Assembly: GCF_006345805.1 (NCBI RefSeq)
Contig: NW_021834402.1
Location: 3,600-67,599, forward strand
DNA from: Octopus sinensis
Taxonomy: Eukaryota
Reading direction: 5' to 3'
DNA: 64,000 bases
Shown piece after piece: positions 10,659 through 24,274 of this stretch (the first letter of the stretch is position 1; every line of letters starts with the position of its first letter). The notes beneath the pieces are model-generated. The model was not told the DNA's origin. It made no database searches and worked only from the letters and a program-made list of their open reading frames with translations. Both the position numbers and the translations under genes were made by a program.

Positions 10659-13600
10659 TCACACGGTTCCTTGCACGCACAACACTCGTGCAACATACTT
10701 CCATCTCTTTTGGAACGTACACTCTGACAGACACCTCTTCTCCAGCCACAGTTTCCTTTTCAAATGAAAAGAAAAAAAGGATCGTAAATTGTCACCAGAG
10801 ATAAAGTTGCCTGTCTTAATTCCTTTTATCCTAGTATTCCATACAGCCTCTTTTGCTATTGCTACAACCGTGAGAAAACAATTCTTACCTTCGTTCGTTA
10901 GAACTCCCGGTGGGTCAATTTTTATAATTGACTCAGTCGACAGCCGTACTCTTCCTTCGCCGGACAACAGATGTTCAGCATAAGCCCACATTTCAGTTAT
11001 CTCCGGACACTGAACAATAGCGTGAGGGACGGTTTCCCTGTCCCCACCGCATCTTGGACAGGTCGGCGACTGACGTTTACCATGTCTTGCGAGCTTATCC
11101 CAAACGGGCAAGGCACCTCTGTAGCATTGCCAGGTAAGGACTTTGGAAGTTGTCCAACGTTCTCAACCCGAATGTACGATGAAACAAGCTGTCCAGTTGA
11201 ATAAATCCGAGACCTAGAGTCGACCCCAGGCCATCGTCGCATTCAGACTCTACCAACCCACTATATAAAATCCGTGTGGAACCCCCACCGCTGGCGTTGC
11301 CCGAGCGCCGGAACAGCAAGAGGGCCTTACGGCACTCTTTATGCCACTCACTCGACCTCGGTCTACGAGAACACCAGGCTTCCTGTTCGCAAAAACTCTT
11401 GAACTCAGGGAACATTTGTCTGGCCAGCGGAGACCACACCCGTTCACTATCCAGGAGAATCCAGAGGTGCCTCAACCTCAACGCATGTCTGCGCATCATT
11501 AACCAAGGCATCCCTAAACCTCCATTTAAAGGCTTTTGACAGCAGACAGAGCGTTTCACAAGTGGCGACCTGCCCTTCCACAAAAAGCGAAAGAGCTGTC
11601 TCTCCAACCTGATCAACCACGAATCCGGACAGGGCACGACAGTCAGGCGGTAGGTAATGACCGATGCGATAAACACATTGGCCACTTCCGCCCTCCCTTT
11701 CAGGGATAGCCACCGCCAAGACCAAGTCTTGACTACTGCAGCCACCCTGCTCAATACCTCCGTCCAGTTCTTCTCTATCTGGAGGCCTGGTCCAAACCAG
11801 ACTCCCAGCAACTTAACCGGTCCCTCCGTCCAGCGCCTAACAACACTGTCTGAAGGCATCGACTTGCCAACCCAGGTGCCGAGCTGCAAGCCGACCGACT
11901 TTTCCCGGTTAATCTTTGCTCCTGCTACCTCCTCGTAAGCCTCAATAGTCTTACCTACTTCACGTAGGCGTACCACTGTGGTTACACTGATAGTGATATC
12001 ATCCGCGAAAGCCGTAACAACTCCTCTAGTCCTGGTTCTCTCGGGATGCCACTCAACCTTTGCAGTAATGGCTCGAGAGCCATCACATACAAAAGTGGTG
12101 AAAGCGGACATCCTTGACGAACCGAGCGTCTGATGCAGAACGGCTTCGAAAGGAAACCGTTCACCGAACTATCGAGTCAATGTTGTGGTACAAAGCGATA
12201 AACCACCTGAGGAAGCCAAGGCCCAGGCCAAACCGCGCAAGTACAGTCGCTAGGTATCGATGGTCAACCCTATCAAAAGCTTTAGACTGGTCCAAATGCA
12301 CCAATGCCCCACCTTTGCCAGATTTATTACCAAACCTCTCTATGGTATAGCGAATAAGATGGAGGGTATCCTGAATGGTTCTGCCTGGGATGGCACATGT
12401 CTGTGCCTCCCCGACTATACCATTCGCGACACGCGCCAACCTTTTTGCTAGAACCTTGGCCAAAATCTTCACTTCTGCGTTTAACAGAGTGATGGGCCTG
12501 AAATTCTCTAGAACGTCCCCCTTGTCCGGGTCCTTTCTGACCAACGTCACTACTCCCCGGCGCACAGATCTGGGGATAAACCCATTCTGTTTCCAGTTCG
12601 CGTACACGTCAGTCAGTAGTTGCCCGAACAAGTCTGGCTACATTAACAGCTCGTAAGCTCGTACGGAAGACCATCAAGTCCCGGTGACTTACCCGCTTTA
12701 CAATCGGCCAAAGCCTCCATCACCTCCTCAAGTGTGATTGGCCCTTCGCAAGACTCCGCATCCGACCCCGAGAGGCACGGCAGCCCGGTAAGAAAGTCCT
12801 CGAGGGCTCTCCCACCACCAGGACCGCCGTCACCCCCGAACAGCTGGGCGAAGTACTCCCGAAAGACCTCACACATTTTCTCGGGTTCGTTTATCAAGAC
12901 ACCATTTTGATTCGTCAAAGACCGAATAGAGGAACTATTTCCTTGCCGAGCTTCCACCACTCGGGCCCATCCAGCGGCTTTGATTCCTTCACTTCCCATT
13001 GCACGTAACTTAGCTCTGGTAATACTTCCCATGTGGTGGGCTTCAAGATGCTGGTTTAACTCCAGTCTTTTCACCCTCGCTTGGTCTGTATTACCAGTCC
13101 TCCAGGCTTCTTCTAGTTCCTTAACTAGACCATCTCCTATTTTACGTCCCTTCTTAGCTAAACTTATGCTAAACCTAATAGACTCATATTTGATGGCTCT
13201 TTTTAGGGCGTACCACCATTTGTTATTAATGATGGTACCTGTTAATGCCCTCTGTATTAACATCTTGATCCGCTTTCTGTACTCCTCAATCGCCAAAAGG
13301 GACGTATTGAGTTTCCAGTAGCCAGATCCCTGTCTATGCAACTTATCTACCGTCAGTTTACAGGTAACCATCTTGTGGTCACTGTAGCTGACTAGAAAAA
13401 ACTGTGGACACTCAACTATGGACTTATCTTTTTCTCTAATTAAAATCCTATCTAGATATGTTCTGGTAGACCCGTCACTATTTGACCACGTCCACTGTGG
13501 AGTGTTCGGGTGCTCCAACCTATATGGATCTGCTAGCTGAAATTGACTTAGCAGATCCCGAAAGCCTGTGTTACATTTTCTGTTCATGTTCGAGTTTGAG

Positions 13601-14059
13601 CCAACACAATCTGTGTGTGCTGCACATATTGTATTAGAGTCTCCTAACACTACTAGTGAATGCGACGTGGCTAGGAACTTTCCTAGGCCACGAAAATATT
13701 CAGTTTGCGGGCCAATAATGTTTGGTGCATAAATAGCGACCAGCCTGATTGTCTTGCCACAACTGAATGTCAAGTCGAGAACGACCAGCCTGCCTTCTGG
13801 GTCAGAAAAACCAACTTTTTCTCGGCTACCCGTTTTCTTTTTAGTAGGACCAACACCCCACCCCCACCTCCCGCCCGACTCGGAGAAACGTATTTCTCGT
13901 AGCCGTTCAGGAGGGGGAGCAGATCTCTTGGCCCCTTCACCCGGTTTCCGTTGCAACAATTACATCCAAATTTCTCGACCTGATGTCATTCAGAAAGCGT
14001 CCTTGCTTCCAGCTTGACAACAGGCCATGAACATTTAAACAACCAATGTGAATAGCCAT
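10659..14059 (-). pseudogene. LINE ORF2: APE endonuclease, reverse transcriptase and zf-RVT-like C-terminus, split by about 6 frameshifts
   Basis: Joining frames gives MAIHIGCLNVHG...ATET...YAPN...GDSN...YLDRILI...SDHKMV...YWKLNTSLL (APE); [56 protein letters not shown] (RT); CPRCGGDRETVPHAIVQCP (zinc-binding C-terminus). About 1130 codons in total. Confidence 0.9.
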
Positions 14060-14070
14060 CACTTACCTGT

Positions 14071-15588
14071 TTAATTAGGATTGTCCGGTGGAGGGGGACC
14101 CTCCACCTTTTTTTTATCCAGGGTCGGAGGTGGACGGTCTTGGGAAATAGATTTGTCAAAATCCCGTCTCACCACCGACACAGAATTATCAGGTGGAGGG
14201 GGAATCTCCACCTTTTCCTTTTCTCGCGGATCGGAGCTGGTAATCCATGAAATATCGACTTGTTAAAATCTAATCTCAATGAAGAGTCTTTCTGTACTTA
14301 TTTTGTAGAATTCTATAAGTCTTATTTGAGACTTCATATATGTCGTAATTGATAAATTCCTCTGAAAGGTTATCAATTTTTTTTACAGTCTTTATGAGTT
14401 GAATGTCTCTCATGAGCTCAGTATCTTTAGTGTATACGGCTATTATGCCTTTTTCTTCTTTTTCTCTTCTGGCAGTCTTTTTTGGTCGTTGTTCTGTAGT
14501 ATCGCCGCTCTCGCTGGGTTGCTGGCTTGTATTTTTCTTTTGTTTGTTGTTTTTTTCTCATCTGTTTCTTCTTTATCTTCTTCCTCTTTGTCTTTTTTCT
14601 CCTCTTCCTCCTCTTCTTCATTTTCCTTGCAGTTCCTTCGAATGTGGCCTAATTGACCACATAAAAAACATCGAGGTTTTCGGCCCTCAACAAACACCAC
14701 GAGGTTCTCCTCCCCTACCTCAATTGTCTCAGGAATTGTTTGAATTATTTTAGGGTCCGCTTGAATGAGAAGATTATTGTTTTACCATCCCAGCGTGGGT
14801 TTTCCGTAGCGGTAGCCTGGAGGAGAGTATTTTTTTCTACCTCTTTGATTAGGACTGCCGCCAACAACCACATAGGTTCGACCTCTGGCGGGACCCTTGT
14901 AATTTTTATTCGCGACGTCCTCATCCCCATATAATAGGGTATTAACTCCACGTCGTTCGTTTTCAACGTTTCCACTGAGTTCTTGTGTGCTATTTCTTTA
15001 TTGGTGAACCTTACTTCCACCGTTCCGAATTTTTTTCCTCTTCTCAGAATACTACGTCGCCCAATATTGGCTTTAAGCACTTTTCTATTTTCTCTTCTGA
15101 CATTCTTTCAATTTTTTATTTTGTAGACAATATGTTTTGAAAATTATTGTTTTTTGCTTTTCTTCCTGTAATAACTTTTGCGGAGGTTCAATTTTCACAC
15201 TGTTGTCATTTATTTCCATCATTTTGCTGTATTTCATAATTTCGCTTTTATTCGTCGACAGTATCTGGGTTCCACCCCCAGCAGCCAACGCAAAACTTTT
15301 TTTCCATTTTTTGGTTCTATCTGGATGCTAGGCACATCAATTATTCTCTTCGACACAATGCCTTTGTTCTCTGGCAAAGTCGGAAACTCTTCTGGTGAAA
15401 GTTCTGACGAGCTCTCAGACACATCTCCAAAAATATCAAATATATTATCTCTCTGCTATTCCTTCTTGTAGCGGGGGAAACCCCTATTTCCTTGTCTGTA
15501 GTTGGCTCCTCGCCGGACATGTATTTCCTCCTCTCAACAGGAGAAAAAGTATTTCTGCTCCAACGGTAGGCTCCATGCTAGACGACAT
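14071..15588 (-). pseudogene. LINE ORF1 (gag-like, one CCHC zinc knuckle), frameshifted
   Basis: Pieces 15234-15422, 15085-15288, 14745-15080 and 14443-14700 (CFLCGQLGHIRRNC = CX2CX4HX4C, followed by an acidic/basic tract), plus a C-terminal ...KVEGPPPPDNPN* ending at 14071. The start codon (15588 or 15520) is uncertain. Confidence 0.75.
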
Positions 15589-15752
15589 TCTTCCCCCCAA
15601 AGGGGGAATGAACAACGCGTGCTACCACAAGCACTAAGTGTTTTCAATTGAAAACTCCAACAGTTAAGTTATTCAACAGTTTAACAAGAAACAACAGTTG
15701 TTAACAATATTAACACCACGAAACAGCAATTCTTACTTCACGAACACATGCG

Positions 15753-15814
15753 CGGCAGACGAAATACGGCTAAGCATTTCGCCCGGTGTGCTAACGTTTC
15801 TGCCAGCTCGCCGC
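15753..15814 (-). mobile_element. 5' head of the SINE-B copy interrupted by the LINE
   Basis: Reverse complement GCGGCGAGCTGGCAGAAACGTTAGCACACCGGGCGAAATGCTTAGCCGTATTTCGTCTGCCG. The outer direct repeat TCTGTTTCAT lies at 15815-15824 and 9121-9130. Confidence 0.9.
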
Positions 15815-15944
15815 TCTGTTTCATTATATGGACAACCCCAACCAATCTTTCATGAAAGTTTCAAGATTTATTTTTGTGTCAAAATAGCCGAGTAAAAATA
15901 ATTGCTTAAAACGACAAGAAAGGAAAAAGGTACATATCCATTGT

Positions 15945-16092
15945 GCTGAAAGAGTACAGCAGGGTTCGCACCCACACTCTGTCGGAGCCTCGTGGAGCTT
16001 TAGGTGTTTTCGCTCAAGAGACACTCACAAAGCCCGGCCTGGGAATCGAAACCGCGATCCTACGACCGCGAGTCCGCTGTCCCTAACCACTG
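15945..16092 (-). mobile_element. SINE family C, 5' part
   Basis: Homologous to the head and core of the complete copy at 36258-36641. Confidence 0.75.
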
Positions 16093-16508
16093 TTTTATGT
16101 GTGTGTGTGTGTTAGTTCTGCTAAATATTACTATACACACAGACACACGCTTAAAATTGTCTTCCAATCAATGCGTAGGTTTTTTGCTAGATTTCAGGTG
16201 AGAACACAATGAGCTGCAAGACTCCACGGTTCTCAATAATATGAATAGAAAGTATGAAAAAGAGAAAGTGACTTAACGTAAATGTATGGGGAGAGGGGAC
16301 AGGTGAACGTGTGTGTATTTCTGTGAGTATATTTGCACTTATAGGGATGTGTAAGTACATCAATCTATATGATGGATATACGTCTACACCTATATATACT
16401 TTTATATATATATGCTTGTATTTATACATGCGTATATGCATTCAAGCATACAACATATATCGTATGACGACGATGAGATGAGAAAGAAAAAAAGAATAAG
16501 AGGGAGAC

Positions 16509-16577
16509 GAAGAAGAAGAAGAAGAAGAAGAAGAAGAAGAAGAAGAAGAAGAAGAAGAAGAAGAAGAAGAAGAAGAA
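16509..16577. repeat. (GAA)n microsatellite
   Basis: Directly visible. Confidence 0.95.
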
Positions 16578-16768
16578 AACAGGGGGAAGAACTACTCAAC
16601 TAGTCGGTCCATTGTAAGGACGACCCCAGTGCGTGCATAGTGTTCGATTCTGGAGAAATCGACTCCTTTGGGAGATTTCTGAAACCAACCTGAAACAGAA
16701 AACAAAGGCATACAACCTACCTGTAGCACATCGCAACACCACCGCCCCCATTTGACACTGCCTCCCCT

Positions 16769-16850
<82 letters not shown>

Positions 16851-18206
16851 CACGGTTTTGTTTTGTTTAAATTCGCTTTGTTTCAGCTGATCACGGCTAT
16901 TATTAAGAAAAAGAAGAAAAAAAATCACGGGAGAAAGCGAGAGAGGGAAAGGGAAGAAACAGAAGAGAGAGAGAGAGAAAGAGAGAGAAGTCATAGTGAT
17001 AGAAAGGTGTGTATGTATATATATATATATAATATATATGTGTGTGTGTGTATATATACACACATATATACGCATATATATTGGTATAACTGAATCTATG
17101 TATCTATTGATACACACACACCATACATACATTCACAGATACACACAGACACACACACACATACACATACACACATATATATATATATATGTATACTCAC
17201 ACACATTTACAGACACACACTCGCTCTTACAAACAAGAAAGAAGGGAACAGAGTCCGCGATGTTCCATGAAAGCAAAGAATAATTGGAAGAAAAAAGACA
17301 CAGAAAAAGTATAAAGAAAAAGAAAGATAGAAAGAGAGAGAGAGAAGAGAGAGAAAAAGATAAAGAAAAGCGACTTCTTTAACGAAGAGACGAAACTGAA
17401 AAGGGATCCGAGTGAACAGATTGTTGCATTGTCTTAACGAAGATCGACTTCAACATTTAGTGCAGTTTCTCGACCATTCTATTATTATTTGACCAACTAT
17501 TACTAATGGCTTTGCTTATATTATGAACCTGGCATTGATATACTACTGTGCCTTTCGCTGTCTTCCTTCTCTTCTCCACCCCCTTTTCTTTCTTTCTTTC
17601 GTTCTTCTCTTTCTTCTTTCGTTCTTTCTTAATCACTTTGTTCTTTCATGTTTGTGCTTCTTTTGTTCGGCTCCCAATTCGGAGTTTTCTACCTCATTCT
17701 CTTTCCTATCTATTATCTATCTTTGTTTTCCCATTTCTCTGTCTCTCTCTCGCCCTTTCTGCATTTCATTCTTCCTCTCTACAGGTCCCTTTATCTCTTA
17801 TACACAATCTAATATACCCTTTCTGTCTTAACTGTTCACTCACTCACTCATCCACTCACTCACTCACGCATTCTCTATCTCAATGTCCTTCTCAAACGAG
17901 TGTATATATCCTTAGTCTTTTCGTTTTTCTTACGATTATGGTTATTATTATTATTATTATTAAACATATCATTATTATTATTATTACTTTTTTTTCTTCT
18001 TTCAAATTTGCTTCCATTTCTTGCCGAGTGTCTTCCCGACTCCTAGGACAAAGAAACTTATAGTATACATTGGTAGGCCATTAAACCAAACTCAATAGTT
18101 CGTTCATTTTTTTTTCTAAGTTAAATTAAAATACATGAGCATACATATTAATATTAAAATACATATTAATATTATTAATATTATTATTATTATTATCATC
18201 ATCATT

Positions 18207-18250
<44 letters not shown>

Positions 18251-18254
18251 ATTA

Positions 18255-18450
18255 GCTTCAAGGTTCATCCAAGACTGGAACCACGGGCCATACGTCCCCT
18301 GCCCAATTCAAGATCACAACATACATGTACACTGCACATAATTTCTTTTCTTTCCTCACAGGCCCTGCCGTATTTAACATTGTCCGAAGGAGATCAAAGA
18401 GGAAAATGATCCTATCAATTTTAAACGGAGTCTGGATAGATTCCTTCAAA
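18255..18450 (+). mobile_element. CR1/L2-group LINE RT C-terminal fragment
   Basis: Near-identical to part of 32597-33050 (FKVHPRL.PRAIRPLPNSRSQHTCT...). Confidence 0.6.
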
Positions 18451-18531
18451 ATATATTCGAATTAAATGATATTTATCTCTCATTGGATGGGGTACCTTTT
18501 CTCTGATCTTACCTAAAAAAATAAAGAAAAA

Positions 18532-18945
18532 GGCGCAGGAGTGGCTGTGTGGTAAGTAGCTTGCTAACCAGCGACATGGTTCCGGGTTCAGTCCCACTGC
18601 GAGGAATCTTGGGCAAGTGCCTTCTGCTATAGCCCCGGGCCGACCAATGCCTTGTGAGTGGATTTGCTAGACGGAAACTGAAAGAAGCCTGTCGTATATA
18701 TGTATATATATGTATATGTTTGTGTGTATGTTTGTGTGTGTCTGGTTTGTCCCCCTAGCATTGCTTGACAACCAATGCTGGTGTGTTTATGTCCCCGTCA
18801 CTTAGCGGTTCGGCAAAAGAGACCGATAGAATAAGTACTGGGCTTACAAAGAATAAGTCGCGGGGTCGATGTGCTCGACTAAAAGGGTGGTGCTCCAGCA
18901 TGGCCACAGTCAAATGACTGAAACAAGTAAAAGAGTAAAAGAGTA
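18532..18945 (+). mobile_element. SINE family A (full length)
   Basis: GGCGCAGGAGTGGCTGTGTGG head through the (AAAAGAGT)2 tail. Confidence 0.9.
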
Positions 18946-18993
18946 AATGAAATATAATAGTATAACTGAACAATGAAATACACGCACACACAT

Positions 18994-19034
<41 letters not shown>

Positions 19035-19036
<2 letters not shown>

Positions 19037-19466
19037 CTAGCAGTAAAGCCCGGCGTTGCTCGGTTTTGTTTTCTTAGTTGCGCTGAAAACGGCAGACTTT
19101 GATGTCACCTTAACAAAATTTTGACATAGTTTCGATCGTTTTTGAAAAGTCAAAATTTTGCATTATGTAGTTTGTTATCCTCTTTAAGTGAATATTTTTC
19201 TGGTTGAAATACACCAAAAAATGGCGGCACACCAGTCAAAAAATCGTAAAAAAATAGGAATTTTCATAGAAAAAAAGCACCTTTTTGATGTAAATAACTT
19301 TTGGTGTGAACATGGTCCGATTTGAGGGTTTTTTCTACGGAATAAAGAGCAAGTCTTCTATCATACTCTCAATTTTGGTCAACTTGCGCCGCAGGGTGTC
19401 GGAGGAGAAAGTGTTAGTTGAAGGCTACCAAGCCTGGCATATCCCACACACACACACACAACTTCA

Positions 19467-19480
<14 letters not shown>
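19035..19480 (+). mobile_element. Non-autonomous Helitron/Helentron-like element, second copy
   Basis: TACTAGCAGTAAAGCCCGGCGTTGCTCGG start and CACACAACTTCAGTTTTATATATA end, as at 1825-2226; the interior differs. Confidence 0.55.
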
Positions 19481-19504
<24 letters not shown>

Positions 19505-19515
19505 TTTATATCTAA

Positions 19516-19559
<44 letters not shown>

Positions 19560-20289
19560 AATAGACATACACACACACACACACATATATATGTATATAT
19601 AGGTGTATATATATATACATCAACAACTTGCTTTGAATGCATGTTTGCTGAATTAAAAGCCGTTATATGTTGTTCTCTTTCATAGTGTAGTACATTTGTA
19701 ACTCAAACAATTTAAATGTTTGTATTTGTGTGTTTGTATATGCTTTTCTCTCATTGCGTGGTATACTCTCTATGTCTATCTCTCCCCGTCTCCCCTTCCT
19801 CTCTTCTTTCACTCTCTATCATTGACAGTCTTTGCAGCATTTGTGGCGGACGTCGTTCGAAGGAATTCAGTTGAATAAGTACGAGGAAGTAACTGTCTAA
19901 AAGCAAAAGACAAACGCCATTGTCTCTCGCACTCTACTTCAACCCTAACGACTTTCTCTTCTTCTTCCTCTTCATCGTTTTCTCCTCAGAATAACTTGCT
20001 GGATTTTCATGAAAAGAAACGAAGCTCGCAAACAAACGTAAAACATCTTCGCCGTCATCTTGTATTCTTCAATTACTTCCCATTTAGTTTCAGCCTTCCT
20101 TTAGTTTCCTATTTTACATTCGATGTACATCTTGTACAGCTCACGCATTCTAGTGCTTTCGGTCTGTCTGTCTCTGTCTGTCTGTCTGTCTCTCTTCCGC
20201 GTTCTTTGTTGCGCTTTGCAGGCGCGTCTGCGTGCATGGATGTGTTTGTATATTTTTGCTTGTGTATATATGTACATATATATGTGTGT

Positions 20290-22660
<2,371 letters not shown>

Positions 22661-23411
22661 CTGTCATTCGTGTATGTTTAGTAGATAAAAAGTCATTCGT
22701 ATTAACGTCCATTTTCTTCTCTCAGCTTTTGTTTATATCTGTCGTCATTGTAATGGCGTATTCTCATCCTGTATCTTTATTACTGTCTCTTATCTATCCC
22801 CGTCCTCTTTGTTTTCCTCTTACCCTTTCTCTCCCGTCTCTCTTTCTCTCTCTCCCTCTAGCTCTCTTCTGTTACACTCTTCTTCTCTCTTCCACAAAAG
22901 CAACCTTTCTCTTTTCACTGCTTCATATCTTTCATTTACTTTCATTTCTCCGAACACGGTTTTTGTTTTATATTTCTCTATCTGACATTCGCTAATGCTG
23001 CCTCTGTGTACAACCTAAATTTTCACAATAGCCTTTCTTCCTACACTTCCTTCTTGTTCCTCTCTTTGCCTTCCTTTCTCTCCTCCCTCACCACTTCACT
23101 GCTTTGTTCTGATGGTTCTTTCTCGATATTTCTTACCATTGTACTCCTTCCTTATTCTTTGTACTTCTCTACTAAATATGCACTTACACCAAAGATATGC
23201 CTTCATAATAGACAAACGTTCCGAACGTAACTAACCTAACTCTCAACATAGAATCATCTTTAAAGACAACGGTATTTCCAACGAATATTTTCTATATTCA
23301 CAACGTATGCTTTCAAAATATATCATAGATATTCGTATTAAAACATTTGTTTATTTATATGCATAAGTAATGCGTATGTATATATATATATTTATATATA
23401 TTCATTCTGTT

Positions 23412-23816
23412 GGCACAGGAGTGGCTGTGTGGTAAGCAGCTTGCCTACCAACCACATGGTTCTGGGTTCAGTCCCACTGCGTGGCATCTTGGGCAACTGT
23501 CTTCGGCTATAGCCCCGGGCCGACCAATGCCTTGTGAGTGGATTTGGTAGACGGAAACTGAAAGAAGCCTGTCGTATAATATATATATGTATGTGCGTGT
23601 ATATTTTTGTGTGTCTGTGTTTGTCCCCCTAGCATTGCTTGACAACTGATGCTCGTGTGTTTACATCCCCGTCACTTAGCGGTTTGGCAAAAGAGACCGA
23701 TAGAAGAAGTACTGGGCTTACAAAGAATAAGTCCCGGGGTCGATTTGCTCGACTAAAGGCGATGCTCCAGCATGGTCGCACTCAAATGACTGAAACAAGT
23801 AAAAGAGTAAAAGAGT
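23412..23816 (+). mobile_element. SINE family A (full length)
   Basis: Head, internal microsatellite and (AAAAGAGT)2 tail. Confidence 0.9.
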
Positions 23817-23819
23817 ATA

Positions 23820-23859
<40 letters not shown>

Positions 23860-24274
23860 TATACATATATACATACATACATATATATACATGAAGTTTA
23901 TGCGATTGCTAATTTCTGTGAAAGGTTGCCTCTGTGAGTTACTAGGATTAAAAGTTGAATACGCTACGTAATAGTTCGTATTCTGGTGTGGATTTTGTCC
24001 TCAGCAAGGGTACGTCACCCTTGATAGCAACCAATATATGGGTTGAGACAGAGAGAATAAAGTCAACCTGCAAATCTAGCGGTCAAGTGCACACACACAC
24101 ACTCATATACACACAGAGAGATACACATACATATATATATAGTTAAAGGTATTCACGCATTGTTGATGAAACGATTAGAAGCGTCAATATTCAAGATAAA
24201 CTTTGATTGCACTAGTATATTTCTACACTGGAAGCCGTCCAGTATTCTCGAGGGTTTCAAATAAGCAACAAATA

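Larger units (their letters stand above)
10412..15752 (-). mobile_element. Full-length L1/Tx1-like non-LTR retrotransposon with 15-16 bp TSD
   Basis: 5'UTR, ORF1, ORF2 and a ~246-nt 3'UTR, flanked by the direct repeat CGGCAGACGAAATAC at 10397-10411 and 15753-15767 (the next base is G on both sides). Confidence 0.92.

Noticed and set aside
14085-14115. Rho-independent-terminator-like hairpin plus T-run
   Set aside because: The context is eukaryotic and it lies antisense within LINE ORF1; it is treated only as a possible RNA structure.
15753-15814. tRNA gene calls for SINE heads here and elsewhere
   Set aside because: A/B boxes are present, but there is no convincing cloverleaf or anticodon arm, and the heads continue into SINE bodies.
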